A stretch of 64,000 nucleotides of DNA from Gammaproteobacteria bacterium (GTDB lineage Bacteria; Pseudomonadota; Gammaproteobacteria; SZUA-229). The notes beneath the pieces are model-generated. The model saw nothing but the letters and a program-made list of their open reading frames with translations, was not told where the DNA came from and did no database searches. The position numbers and the translations under genes are program-made. This document shows positions 21,815 through 31,521 of this stretch, in pieces. The stretch spans positions 14,807-78,806 of the forward strand of contig JAOUKV010000009.1 of assembly GCA_029882355.1 (NCBI GenBank), given 5' to 3'. The first letter of the stretch is position 1. The number at the start of each line of letters is the position of its first letter.

Positions 21815-21833
21815 TTGTAGCAGATTGCTACAA
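21815..21833 (-). promoter_or_regulatory. Palindromic candidate operator/promoter element upstream of the antitoxin gene
   Basis: TTGTAGCA-gat-TGCTACAA: 8-bp perfect inverted arms with a 3-nt spacer, 40-58 bp upstream of the antitoxin ATG. On the minus strand it overlaps a -10-like TACAAT. Confidence 0.5.
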
Positions 21834-22075
21834 TAGCGCAACCAGCACGGATCAAGTTGGGGTGGATGCGGCGCTTTATGATGGTACGCAAGTAGCCCGG
21901 ATGAAGCTTTGCGGAATCCGGGGGTTGGTTATTTGGTTTATCCCAGATTGCGTTGCTCTCCATCCGGGCTACGGCACTGGGGCGTCCCAAACCGCATTCC
22001 TACGCGAATCATGGCAACGATAAACCCGCCACTACAGAGTTCCCCCAAAGCCTGCTAAAATCCCCCCTTTAAAAA

Positions 22076-22152
22076 GCCCCGGTAGCTCAGCTGGATAGAG
22101 CGTCCCCCTCCTAAGGGGAAGGCCACACGTTCGAATCGTGTTCGGGGCACCA
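22076..22152 (+). tRNA. tRNA-Arg (anticodon CCU)
   Basis: Folded by hand: acceptor GCCCCGG/TCGGGGC, D-stem GCTC/GAGC, anticodon stem TCCCC/GGGGA with loop CTCCTAA (anticodon CCT), T-stem ACACG/CGTGT with TTCGAAT loop, genomically encoded CCA. Confidence 0.9.
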
Positions 22153-22187
22153 TTAATTTAAACATTCCACTGACAAAGGTAACCATC

Positions 22188-22688
22188 ATGTCTAAAACAG
22201 TCATCCTTGAAACCTCCAAGGGTAATATCACGATTGAACTTAATGAAGAAAAAGCACCTGTTACAGTCGCTAATTTCATGAAATACGTGAACGACGGCTT
22301 CTATAATGGCACTATTTTTCATCGCGTGATTCCAAACTTCATGGTTCAAGGTGGTGGTTTCACCGCCGATATGTCGCAAAAGTCCGTTGAAGCGCCGATT
22401 AAAAACGAAGCGGATAATGGCCTTGCCAACCTTCGTGGCAGTATTGCTATGGCTAGAACTAACGACCCGCATTCAGCAACGGCTCAGTTCTTTATCAATC
22501 ATAAAGACAACGGCTTCCTTGACCACACCGCCCCAACGGGACAGGGCTGGGGTTACTGCGTATTTGGTATGGTGACAGATGGTATGGACGTGGTTGATGC
22601 TATGGCTGGTGTTGCAACCGCTAATCACGGTGGACATGGCGATGTACCTACAGAGGCCATCACTATTGATAAGGCTACTGAAGCTTAG
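22188..22688 (+). CDS. ppiB: Peptidyl-prolyl cis-trans isomerase B (cyclophilin)
   Basis: 166 aa cyclophilin with [15 protein letters not shown]. Confidence 0.95.
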   Translation: MSKTVILETSKGNITIELNEEKAPVTVANFMKYVNDGFYNGTIFHRVIPNFMVQGGGFTADMSQKSVEAPIKNEADNGLANLRGSIAMARTNDPHSATAQFFINHKDNGFLDHTAPTGQGWGYCVFGMVTDGMDVVDAMAGVATANHGGHGDVPTEAITIDKATEA

Positions 22689-22696
22689 GTCTCTTC

Positions 22697-23422
22697 ATGC
22701 GTGAATGGCTCTTTATATCAGACTTGCATCTCGATCCTGAGAGGCCTGAAATCATTCATCTATTTGAACGATTTGTCGATGAAGTCGCCATTCACGCAGA
22801 ACGACTTTATATTCTTGGTGATTTTCTAGAATACTGGCTTGGCGATGACGATAAGGCTACTGGTCTCGAAGAGGTATTTCAATCACTAAGAAAACTCAGC
22901 GATGCCGGAGTCGATGTGTTTTATATGGCCGGCAATCGTGATTTTTTGGTTGGTGATACTCTCGCAAAAAAATGCGGTTTTAAAATCATTGATGAACCCT
23001 TCATTGAAACCATTAATAATCAGACAGTGCTTTTAATGCACGGCGATAGTCTCTGCACTGATGACACTGAATATCAACAATTCAGATCCGTAGTAAGAGA
23101 TAAGGCCTGGCAGCAACAAATTCTGGCAAGACCACTACTGGAACGTGAACAAATTGCTCGCTCAATGCGCCTACAAAGCGAGTACGCCAATTCTGAAAAA
23201 GATTTCGATATCATGGACGTAAACCAGGATGCTGTCGTCCATAGCATGCAAGAGAATAACGCAAGCTTATTAATTCACGGACATACGCATCGTCCAGCGA
23301 CCCACGAATTTAAAGTTAAGGCTAAGCCCGTCAAACGCATGGTTTTAAGTGACTGGCATAACAAAGGTAGTTACATTCGAATAAGTAAGAACAACGAAGC
23401 CGAACTAATCTCTTTTAGTTAG
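22697..23422 (+). CDS. lpxH: UDP-2,3-diacylglucosamine diphosphatase
   Basis: 241 aa calcineurin-like phosphoesterase (ISDLHL, GDFLEYW, GNRDF motifs), in ppiB-lpxH synteny. Confidence 0.92.
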   Translation: MREWLFISDLHLDPERPEIIHLFERFVDEVAIHAERLYILGDFLEYWLGDDDKATGLEEVFQSLRKLSDAGVDVFYMAGNRDFLVGDTLAKKCGFKIIDEPFIETINNQTVLLMHGDSLCTDDTEYQQFRSVVRDKAWQQQILARPLLEREQIARSMRLQSEYANSEKDFDIMDVNQDAVVHSMQENNASLLIHGHTHRPATHEFKVKAKPVKRMVLSDWHNKGSYIRISKNNEAELISFS

Positions 23423-24127
23423 TCCATCTAAAGAATATTTCTGGTAACTTTCTTCCGGCTGAAAAATTTCAGCACCCACCTTTACTTTCTTGTAAGACAG
23501 CAATAACCTGGTTTTACCGTTGCTATGCCATTCTTGGATCGGCAAGCCTTTTTGGTAATAATCACCTTCGTTATAAACCTGATCAGACAAAAAACAATTG
23601 TTCTGATATTCTACAGGTGTTGCGTTAAGCAGCCGTGATTGCTGACCCGTTAATAATTTTTGATATGATGAAAAAGTAGCTGCCACATCTGCAAGCAATC
23701 CTTCTGCAAGGAGAATATCCATACACTTATCTTTAGAGTTATCAGAAGAAGTAACGCGAAAGTTATAAGTAGATTGCCCCGCTATTTTCGGTGCATCAGG
23801 AAGAATGTAATATTCAATATTAACTGTTTTACTTAGATCGGGTTTTTTATATTCGTATTTTGGGATAACTAGAACCGATTCATCTTGATGTGAAACACTA
23901 TATATAACCTGCTTATTGTCATCATAAATCACATATCCACTTGTATCACCTGCCTGATCAATTCGAAGAAAACTATCGTTTACCGTGAATTTTACCTGAT
24001 AGGTATCAGTTCCAGTTTCCTGTTCCTCATAAATAAGTTCGTAAGCATCAAGTCTTTTTTCTGCATTTGCATTGCAAAAGACAAAAAACAGAATAAATAA
24101 AAAAGCAATATGATTAATTTTAGTCAT
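23405..24127 (-). CDS. Secreted hypothetical protein (240 aa; signal peptide with ANA-EK cleavage site)
   Basis: N-terminal hydrophobic signal. No recognisable family. Convergent with lpxH, overlapping it by 18 nt. Confidence 0.5.
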   Translation of the reverse strand: MTKINHIAFLFILFFVFCNANAEKRLDAYELIYEEQETGTDTYQVKFTVNDSFLRIDQAGDTSGYVIYDDNKQVIYSVSHQDESVLVIPKYEYKKPDLSKTVNIEYYILPDAPKIAGQSTYNFRVTSSDNSKDKCMDILLAEGLLADVAATFSSYQKLLTGQQSRLLNATPVEYQNNCFLSDQVYNEGDYYQKGLPIQEWHSNGKTRLLLSYKKVKVGAEIFQPEESYQKYSLDGLTKRD

Positions 24128-24135
24128 GGTTGAAA

Positions 24136-24957
24136 TTATCTAGTGTGTCTATTTCGAGCTGCCAGCTCGATTAATTCCTGTTTAGAAAAACCTGCCGCCA
24201 ATCTGGCTTCCTGATTCAATGAATCAAACATCGATTCTTCCATATATTCATCCAGTAATTGATGAAATGTTTCTGAAGAAGAAATTCCGCGCTGACGACA
24301 TAATTCATTGAACCAGTAATTCCCTCTTTCAACATGTCCAATTTCATCACGCTGTATAACATCCATAATACCGGCAAGTTCTACCTCCCCAATACTTTGA
24401 AACTTTTTAATCATTCCCGGCGTCACATCCAGACCTCGTGCCTCCAATACCCTCGGTACCAATGCCATTCTTACCATGACGTCATGATCGGTTTTTACCG
24501 CCATTTCCCATAAACCATTATGCGAATCATAGGCACCATAAAATGATTTTTTTGATTTAAGATAAGCTTCCAATAATGAATAATGCAAAGCTTCTTCAAC
24601 AGCGATATTCAACCAGTCGGTATAGTATTGTTCCGGCATTGCTCTGAATCGATAGACTGCATCCAGAGCAAGATTAATGGCATTAAATTCGATATGTGTA
24701 ATGGCATGTAGCAGTTTTATGCGCGCAGGCTCAGAATTAAAACCTCGCTTTGGAACATCTCTGGGATTAACCAGTTTTGGATGTTCTGGTCTACCCGGTA
24801 TGACAACTCGCTTAGCTGCTTGAGATGGTATTACATTTAGCTGGCCAGCTAACCACTGTTTATTTAAATCACGAACAGCTCGAATTTTTTCACTGGGATC
24901 ATTCAAAACTAGACAATCTAAAGCCCCATCAAATAAATTTATAGTTTTATTACCCAT
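24136..24957 (-). CDS. Ferritin-like di-iron protein, DUF455-like
   Basis: 273 aa. The HIEFNAINLALD / EEALHYSLL / DEIGHV spacing suggests a ferritin-like carboxylate-bridged di-iron fold. The family call is from memory only. Confidence 0.5.
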   Translation of the reverse strand: MGNKTINLFDGALDCLVLNDPSEKIRAVRDLNKQWLAGQLNVIPSQAAKRVVIPGRPEHPKLVNPRDVPKRGFNSEPARIKLLHAITHIEFNAINLALDAVYRFRAMPEQYYTDWLNIAVEEALHYSLLEAYLKSKKSFYGAYDSHNGLWEMAVKTDHDVMVRMALVPRVLEARGLDVTPGMIKKFQSIGEVELAGIMDVIQRDEIGHVERGNYWFNELCRQRGISSSETFHQLLDEYMEESMFDSLNQEARLAAGFSKQELIELAARNRHTR

Positions 24958-24983
24958 GGCTATTAGTCTACCAATTAAAGACC

Positions 24984-25015
24984 AAAAAAAAGACCTGCAA
25001 AGCAGGTCTTTTTTA
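24984..25015 (-). terminator. Rho-independent terminator downstream of comEA
   Basis: AGACCTGC-aaa-GCAGGTCT hairpin with flanking A-run (24984-24990) and T-run (25010-25015). Confidence 0.75.
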
Positions 25016-25033
25016 TACGATTAAATAGAATAG

Positions 25034-25297
25034 CTATTTAATAATGATGTTATCGGCATTCTTCTTCAAAGTAGCCTCGGCTATACCTTTGACATTCATT
25101 AGCTCTGCTGAAGATTTGAATGGACCATTGGCATCACGATAAGCCACGATGGCCTCAGCTTTTTTCTCACCAACACCAACTAGCTCAGCCGATAATGTAG
25201 CGGCATCGGCTTTATTGATGTCAACTGGAGCTGCAAATACAGATACAGAAATTGAAAGGAGTAAAGATAGTAATACGGATTGAATGATTTTCATCAT
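25034..25297 (-). CDS. comEA: ComEA-like helix-hairpin-helix DNA-binding protein
   Basis: 87 aa. Signal peptide followed by VDINKADAATLSAELVGVGEKKAEAIVAYRDANGPFKSSAELMNVKGI, an HhH competence motif. Confidence 0.85.
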   Translation of the reverse strand: MMKIIQSVLLSLLLSISVSVFAAPVDINKADAATLSAELVGVGEKKAEAIVAYRDANGPFKSSAELMNVKGIAEATLKKNADNIIIK

Positions 25298-25361
25298 AAC
25301 GCTTCCCTGTGTTGTGAATAAGAGCTCTTAAACTACCATAGCCTTTTTAATGATGCAACTG

Positions 25362-26048
25362 TTATATCTGGGCATTAATTTCCTGTAAAACGCGAACAGG
25401 ATCATCTGATTGCGTGACAGGACGGCCTATGACCAGGTAATCTGACCCATTATCTATCGCTTGCCTGGGTGTCATTATTCTATTTTGATCATCTGCATTA
25501 GCATTTTCTGGTCGGATTCCCGGTGTAACCAACAGGAAATCATCACCGCACAGTTGTTTCAACATAGCGGCCTCTTGAGCTGAGCAAACAACTCCATCTA
25601 GACCAGCATTTTTAGTCATCGTGGCTAGTCGTTTCACGAAATCAGCAGGATTCTGATCGATGCCCAACGCTCTCAGTTCATTTTCACCACTACTAGTTAA
25701 CAAGGTAACTGCGATCAAAAGCGGTGAATCATCATCGCAGAGCACATTATGAGCGGCTTCCATCATCGCCGTTCCACCCATACTATGTACATTCACCATC
25801 CATACACCCAGTTCGGCTGCTGATTCACAGGCTTTCGCTACCGTGTTAGGAATGTCATGAAATTTTAGATCCAGAAACACATCAAAACCTGACGAAACCA
25901 TAGATTTGACCAGGCCTGGTCCACAACGCGTGAATAACTCTTTACCAACTTTTAATCGACAAAGCTCCGGGCTCAATTTATCCACCAGCTGCATGGCGGC
26001 GATATCACTCGGAAAGTCGAGCGCTACAATCACTTTTGAATCATTCAT
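25362..26048 (-). CDS. pyrF: Orotidine 5'-phosphate decarboxylase
   Basis: Conserved from the internal start MNDSKVIVALDFPS (the ORF-table start at 26150 is probably spurious). Has the DLKFHDIPNT motif. Confidence 0.92.
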   Translation of the reverse strand: MNDSKVIVALDFPSDIAAMQLVDKLSPELCRLKVGKELFTRCGPGLVKSMVSSGFDVFLDLKFHDIPNTVAKACESAAELGVWMVNVHSMGGTAMMEAAHNVLCDDDSPLLIAVTLLTSSGENELRALGIDQNPADFVKRLATMTKNAGLDGVVCSAQEAAMLKQLCGDDFLLVTPGIRPENANADDQNRIMTPRQAIDNGSDYLVIGRPVTQSDDPVRVLQEINAQI

Positions 26049-26050
26049 TT

Positions 26051-27226
26051 CTACGCTGCTTCTATCATTGTTGGTTTTACTTCTGCCCAACTTTGACAGC
26101 TGGGGCATAACCAGTAAAGTGTATTGGACTGGAATCCACAATGCTGACACTTGTAGTCGGAATCATCTTTTTGCATTTTAACTAGAGCCGATTTCAGATC
26201 GAGTAACAAAGTGAGTTCAGCCACATTAGCCTGATTGGTTTTATATTGAATGAGAGAGTGCAGGCCTCTAACATTAGGGTATTTTCTAATCCTGTCTGTC
26301 AGATATTCGATGGCGGACTCTTTACTCTGATATCGCTCAATTACCATCGCATGCTTCTCGATCATGGCCAGTGTCTGATGCCTTAATTCCACATCGGCGA
26401 GATAAACCAATAACTTGTCTGAATCACCCAGGCGATGATAACACTCAATAAGTTGATCGAGAATAATAGGGAAAAACTCTGCATCACGCTTTTCGACCTG
26501 CTCAAAATAGTAGACGGCCTGTTTGTAATTTTTTTTATCCATTTCATGCCTTGCAAGTAAGATGAGTGCACGAATAGAGCCTTTGTCATAATGCAGAGCC
26601 TGATCAGCATTATAAGCAAGCTGACTAATATCACCTTTTGTTTTAGCTATATCAGCTAATTCACAATAATACTGTGAGATTAGGACACCGACATCTGACT
26701 TTCCTTCAGAATACAAATCAATGCCCACATCAATTGCCTTGCGCCAATCTTTTTCCTGTTGAAAGATCAGAATCAGGTTTCGCTTAGCCTCTTCAGATTT
26801 TCTATCATGAATCAGCACTTCTTTAAACAAACCTTCTGCACGATCAAACCATCCTGCCGCGAGATAATCATAACCCAGCTCAAGTAAAACCTTGCTGCGG
26901 TATTCATCGGGTAGTGAAGGCCTGGCAATTAATCCCTGGTGTATTTTTATGGCTTTATCGATCTCGCCATTTTTTCGAAAAATCTTGCCCAGGGCAAAAT
27001 GAGTATCAACAAGATCCCAATCTGTCTCAACCAACTTTAGAAATATATCAAGCGCCTTATCGTGTTCATCATTGAGCAGGAAATTAAGGCCGGTAAAATA
27101 CTCAGATGGTAGTTTACGAGATTTATTTTTATTATTAGAACATCTGCGCCGACTAAACAAGAACAATGTTAATAAAATGATAGGGGTTAATAGCAACCAG
27201 GTTGGCAGCTCAGACAAATCAGTCAC
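26051..27226 (-). CDS. lapB: Lipopolysaccharide assembly protein B (TPR repeats plus C-terminal rubredoxin-like zinc finger)
   Basis: 391 aa: N-terminal TM helix, TPR repeats and C-terminal CQHCGF...CPSCQSW. Located upstream of pyrF as in E. coli. Confidence 0.9.
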   Translation of the reverse strand: MTDLSELPTWLLLTPIILLTLFLFSRRRCSNNKNKSRKLPSEYFTGLNFLLNDEHDKALDIFLKLVETDWDLVDTHFALGKIFRKNGEIDKAIKIHQGLIARPSLPDEYRSKVLLELGYDYLAAGWFDRAEGLFKEVLIHDRKSEEAKRNLILIFQQEKDWRKAIDVGIDLYSEGKSDVGVLISQYYCELADIAKTKGDISQLAYNADQALHYDKGSIRALILLARHEMDKKNYKQAVYYFEQVEKRDAEFFPIILDQLIECYHRLGDSDKLLVYLADVELRHQTLAMIEKHAMVIERYQSKESAIEYLTDRIRKYPNVRGLHSLIQYKTNQANVAELTLLLDLKSALVKMQKDDSDYKCQHCGFQSNTLYWLCPSCQSWAEVKPTMIEAA

Positions 27227-27333
27227 AACTTGATTCCCTGGTTAATATTATCTGTATAAAATGAGCGAATCTGCTCGGGGTAGAACTTAAAAAACCGTAT
27301 CCTGATTGATACAGCCAATTTTCCATTTAGTGC

Positions 27334-27624
27334 CTAGCCTTTCTTTAAAGAGTCGTTTACACGCTCTCTAAGCTCTTTGCCTGGCTTAAAATGCGGCACA
27401 TGCTTACCGGGTAATGAAACAGAATCGCCTGTTTTCGGATTTCTGCCTGAGCGTGGTGGCCTAAAGTGCAAGGAAAAGCTACCAAATCCTCTAATTTCGA
27501 TTCTTTCACCACTGGATAACGAATTACTCATTCGTCCCAAAAGGCATTTGACAGCCAGTTCTACGTCCTTGTAGGCAAGATGTGTTTGCTTGCGTGAGAT
27601 CCTCTCAATCAATTCAGACTTCAT
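27334..27624 (-). CDS. ihfB: Integration host factor beta subunit
   Basis: Conserved from the internal start [10 protein letters not shown], with [24 protein letters not shown]. The ORF-table start at 27654 is probably too long. Confidence 0.93.
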   Translation of the reverse strand: MKSELIERISRKQTHLAYKDVELAVKCLLGRMSNSLSSGERIEIRGFGSFSLHFRPPRSGRNPKTGDSVSLPGKHVPHFKPGKELRERVNDSLKKG

Positions 27625-27713
27625 CATTGACTTTTCTAGTGATTCTTCAGTCATTGTTATTTTGAAACCTTCCTCGATTAACCGTCTTTATTTACCTTAA
27701 TGTAGCAGATAAA

Positions 27714-29390
27714 TTACTTTTTGTTAGCATCCATCTGTTCTTTCAGCAAATCACCTAATGTGGTTGCTGCAGTTTCCTGAGATTGTGAGTAATCTTTCAT
27801 GGCTTCAGATTCGTCTTCGTAATCTTTCGCTTTCACTGAAAGGTTCAGAGCACGGCTCTTACGATCAACACCCATCAATTTGGCCTCAACTTCATCGCCA
27901 ACTTTCAACACCATGCTAGCATCTTCAACGCGATCACGTGAAAGCTCTGATGCACGTAATGTACCTTCAACACCATCGCCTAAGTCAATGATTGCTGCTT
28001 TAGCGTCTACTGATAGCACGGTGCCTTTAACGATAGCACCTTTCTTGTACTCAGCCATATAGGTTGAAACAGGATCCTGCTCCATCTGCTTGATGCCCAG
28101 TGAAATACGCTCACGCTCAGGATCAATTGAAAGTACAACGGCTTCGATGGTATCGCCCTTCTTATAATCACGGATGGCTTCAACACCTTCGACATCCCAT
28201 GAAACATCAGACATATGAACCAGACCGTCGATATCACCGTTCAGGCCAACGAATACACCGAAATCAGTGATTGATTTAATAACGCCTGATACTTTATCGC
28301 CCTTGTTATGTGTCGCAGAGAACTCATCCCATGGATTAGCTTTACACTGTTTCATACCCAGTGAAATACGACGACGCTCAGGATCGATATCCAAAATTGA
28401 CACTTCAACTTCATCACCCAATGTAACTACATTGCCAGGGCTAACGTTCTTGTTAGTCCAATCCATTTCTGAAACATGAACCAAACCTTCAACGCCGTCT
28501 TCAATTTCAACAAAACAACCGTAATCAGTGATATTGCTAACTTTACCAAACAGACGTGAACCTTCTGGGAAGCGACGAGCAATTTCTGCCCATGGATCCT
28601 GACCCAGTTGTTTCAGACCCAGTGATACACGTGTTTTTTCTTTGTCGTACTTAAGAACAACCACGTCGATTTCATCACCCACTTCAACAATTTCTGAAGG
28701 ATGACGAACACGTTTCCAGGCCATATCAGTGATATGCAGCAGACCGTCGATGCCACCCAGGTCCAGGAATGCGCCGTAATCGGTAAGATTCTTGACAACA
28801 CCTTTGATAGTCTTGCCTTCTTCGATGCTTTCCAGCAAAGCTTCACGCTCAGCACTGTATTCAGTTTCAACAACTGCACGACGTGATACCACCACGTTGT
28901 TGCGTTTCTGATCCAGCTTGATTACTTTAAATTCGAGTTCTTTGCCTTCAAGGTAAGAAGTATCTCTAACAGGACGTACGTCAACCAGTGAGCCTGGAAG
29001 GAATGCACGAATATCGCCCATTTCAACGGTGAAACCACCTTTGACTCTACCAGTGATAGTACCAACAACAATTTCTTCCGCCTCGAATGACGCTTCTAGA
29101 GATGTCCATGCTCTTGCACGTTTCGCTTTCTCACGTGATAGACGCGTTTCACCGAAACCGTCTTCAACGGCCTCCAGAACGACTTCAACATCATCGCCAA
29201 CAGCTACTTCTAACTCGCCAGCGAGATTATAAAATTGGTTTTCAGGGATAACACCCTCGGATTTTAGGCCTGCAGAAACAGTGACATAACCATCGTGAAT
29301 TTCAACAACGGTTCCTGTGACAACGGTTCCCGCTGTCATTTCTGTGTGGGCTAGGCTTTCTTCAAATAATTCGGCAAAAGTTTCAGACAT
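27714..29390 (-). CDS. rpsA: 30S ribosomal protein S1
   Basis: 558 aa with six S1 domains, in cmk-rpsA-ihfB synteny. Confidence 0.95.
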   Translation of the reverse strand: MSETFAELFEESLAHTEMTAGTVVTGTVVEIHDGYVTVSAGLKSEGVIPENQFYNLAGELEVAVGDDVEVVLEAVEDGFGETRLSREKAKRARAWTSLEASFEAEEIVVGTITGRVKGGFTVEMGDIRAFLPGSLVDVRPVRDTSYLEGKELEFKVIKLDQKRNNVVVSRRAVVETEYSAEREALLESIEEGKTIKGVVKNLTDYGAFLDLGGIDGLLHITDMAWKRVRHPSEIVEVGDEIDVVVLKYDKEKTRVSLGLKQLGQDPWAEIARRFPEGSRLFGKVSNITDYGCFVEIEDGVEGLVHVSEMDWTNKNVSPGNVVTLGDEVEVSILDIDPERRRISLGMKQCKANPWDEFSATHNKGDKVSGVIKSITDFGVFVGLNGDIDGLVHMSDVSWDVEGVEAIRDYKKGDTIEAVVLSIDPERERISLGIKQMEQDPVSTYMAEYKKGAIVKGTVLSVDAKAAIIDLGDGVEGTLRASELSRDRVEDASMVLKVGDEVEAKLMGVDRKSRALNLSVKAKDYEDESEAMKDYSQSQETAATTLGDLLKEQMDANKK

Positions 29391-29490
29391 AATAGTTAGA
29401 TTATTCGTTTACCTACCCGTAAGAAATCAGTGGTAGATAGACCTGGTTAAGTTAAATAGATGGCCTATGGAATGGTCCCGGCCGCTAATT

Positions 29491-30174
29491 TCAAACTTTC
29501 AACTTAAAACGCTGTTCAACAAGCTGCATGACCTGAGCACATACTTCATCAATACTCAAAGTTGAGGTATCGATAACAATGGCATCGTCTGCGGCTAACA
29601 ACGGTGAAGCTGATCGTGTTGAGTCTCTTTCGTCGCGCTCCTGAAGCTCGACGGTGAGCTGCGAGAGATTAGCACTAACACCCTTCTCTTTCAACTGCTT
29701 ATAACGCCTTTTTGCCCGTTCTTCGGCACTGGCGGTCAGAAATATCTTCAATGCCGCCTCCGGGAAGACGGTTGTACCCATATCACGGCCATCGGCCACC
29801 AAACCGGGCGCTTGAGCGAACGCTTTCTGTTTGTCGAGTAATGCCTGTCGCACTTCTGGAATGGCTGCGATTTTTGAAGCTAGTACGCCGGTAGCTTCAG
29901 TGCGAATAGCCTCAGAGACATTTTCACCGCGCAAATAAATACCCAGCGCACCGCCCGATGTCACGTACTCTATCTGCATATCCCTTGCCAAACCAGCAAG
30001 TTGTGACACGTTACCAAGATCAACATTATCACCAGCACTCAATGCCAGCAGACGATACAGCGAGCCACTATCGAGGATATGCCAGCCAAGTTTTTTAGCC
30101 ACCAATAAACAAACCGTGCCCTTGCCTACACCACTGGGGCCATCAAGGGTCAATACAGGGATATTCGAACTCAT
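29491..30174 (-). CDS. cmk: Cytidylate kinase
   Basis: 227 aa with P-loop GPSGVGKGT. Its start overlaps the aroA stop (ATGA). Confidence 0.93.
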   Translation of the reverse strand: MSSNIPVLTLDGPSGVGKGTVCLLVAKKLGWHILDSGSLYRLLALSAGDNVDLGNVSQLAGLARDMQIEYVTSGGALGIYLRGENVSEAIRTEATGVLASKIAAIPEVRQALLDKQKAFAQAPGLVADGRDMGTTVFPEAALKIFLTASAEERAKRRYKQLKEKGVSANLSQLTVELQERDERDSTRSASPLLAADDAIVIDTSTLSIDEVCAQVMQLVEQRFKLKV

Positions 30175-31481
30175 CAGGAATTAGCCTTTAATTCAATGCT
30201 CAAGCCTGCGCTCGAAGCCAGATCGACAAAACTCGGGAAAGATGTGCTCACATTGTCACAGTCTTCTATTTCAATCTTACCTGTGGCACAGAGCGCGGCC
30301 ATGGAAAAAGCCATGGCTATGCGGTGATCATCGTGACTATGCACCGTTCCCGATTGTATCGCCCCCCCCCGTATGACCATGCCGTCATCGGTAGCCCTGG
30401 CATCAACACCCAAAGCCTGCAGACCTTCCGCCATCACCTGAATACGATCACACTCTTTAACTCGCAACTCTTCTGCGCCGGTGATGACCGTTTCACCTTC
30501 TGCACAGGCCGCTGCGACAAAAATTACGGGGAATTCATCAATCGCCAGAGGAACCAGATGCTCAGGAATCACTGCACTTTTTAATTTCGCACTTCTGATA
30601 CGAATATCCGCAACTGGCTCACCGCCTGCCTCGCGTGGATTCAGCAACTCAATATCTGCACCCATCAATTTCAAAATATCAATAACACCAGTTCGTGTCG
30701 GATTAATACCAACGTGTTCCAACGTGATATCAGAGCCTTTTGCAATGCTGGCACCGACCATAAAAAAGGCAGACGATGAAATATCTGCTGGCACATCAAT
30801 ATCGCAGGCAGTGAGCTTTGCCGGACCTTCGAGACACATGGTTGATCCTTTCACTTCTACGGGTACGCCAAAAGCCGTTAACATACGCTCAGTATGATCA
30901 CGTGTTGGAGCAGGTTCGGTGACACAGGTTCTGCCCTCTGCATAAAGACCAGCCAGCAAACAGCATGATTTCACCTGCGCACTGGCCATTGGCATTTCAT
31001 AATTAATCCCGTGTAACTGATGACCGCCTGATATTTTCAATGGCGGCCTACCCTCTGCGGCAGTTTCAACTACAGCCCCCATTTCAGCCAGAGGATTAGT
31101 CACACGCGCCATTGGGCGTTTTGAAAGCGATGCATCACCTTTTAATTCAACATCAAAAGACAACCCTGAGAACAATCCCGCAAGCAATCTCATTGACGTG
31201 CCAGAGTTTCCGACATCTAGTGCATGCTCAGGTTTTTTTAGACCCTGCATACCAACACCATGAACCACAACCTTGCCATCTTCCGGGCCTTCTATCTCAA
31301 CACCCATGGCACGAAAGGCGCGCAGTGTATTCAGACTGTCTTCCCCTTCAAGAAAGCCGCTAATGTGACTAGTGCCTTCTGCGATAGAGCCAAACATAAT
31401 CGATCTATGTGAAATGGATTTATCACCGGGAACACGGATATTGCCTTTTAAGACGCCACCATTTTTCACTGTAAATTTCAT
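30174..31481 (-). CDS. aroA: 3-phosphoshikimate 1-carboxyvinyltransferase (EPSP synthase)
   Basis: 435 aa with LGNSGTSMRLL and related EPSPS motifs. Confidence 0.93.
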   Translation of the reverse strand: MKFTVKNGGVLKGNIRVPGDKSISHRSIMFGSIAEGTSHISGFLEGEDSLNTLRAFRAMGVEIEGPEDGKVVVHGVGMQGLKKPEHALDVGNSGTSMRLLAGLFSGLSFDVELKGDASLSKRPMARVTNPLAEMGAVVETAAEGRPPLKISGGHQLHGINYEMPMASAQVKSCCLLAGLYAEGRTCVTEPAPTRDHTERMLTAFGVPVEVKGSTMCLEGPAKLTACDIDVPADISSSAFFMVGASIAKGSDITLEHVGINPTRTGVIDILKLMGADIELLNPREAGGEPVADIRIRSAKLKSAVIPEHLVPLAIDEFPVIFVAAACAEGETVITGAEELRVKECDRIQVMAEGLQALGVDARATDDGMVIRGGAIQSGTVHSHDDHRIAMAFSMAALCATGKIEIEDCDNVSTSFPSFVDLASSAGLSIELKANS

Positions 31482-31521
31482 TAATTTTTTTCCAGAAATA
31501 TTAAAAATAAATCAAGACTTA

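Noticed and set aside
20782-22152. Hypothesis that the TA pair marks a tRNA-integrated genomic island
   Set aside because: There is no integrase, no direct repeat of the tRNA 3' end and no further cargo. The module lies on the 5' side of the tRNA, whereas integrative elements insert at the 3' end. Core genes resume immediately on both sides.
21676-22472. Three minus-strand ORFs (104, 74, 104 aa) spanning the TA-tRNA spacer, the tRNA-Arg gene and the start of ppiB
   Set aside because: They overlap a bona fide tRNA and the conserved ppiB on the opposite strand. The spacer signal is better explained by inverted-repeat DNA or RNA structure than by coding.
25362-26150. N-terminal 34-aa extension of pyrF predicted by the ORF table (start at 26150)
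   Set aside because: The extension overlaps the 3' end of lapB. The conserved OMP decarboxylase N-terminus (MNDSKVIVALDFP) begins at the internal start at 26048.
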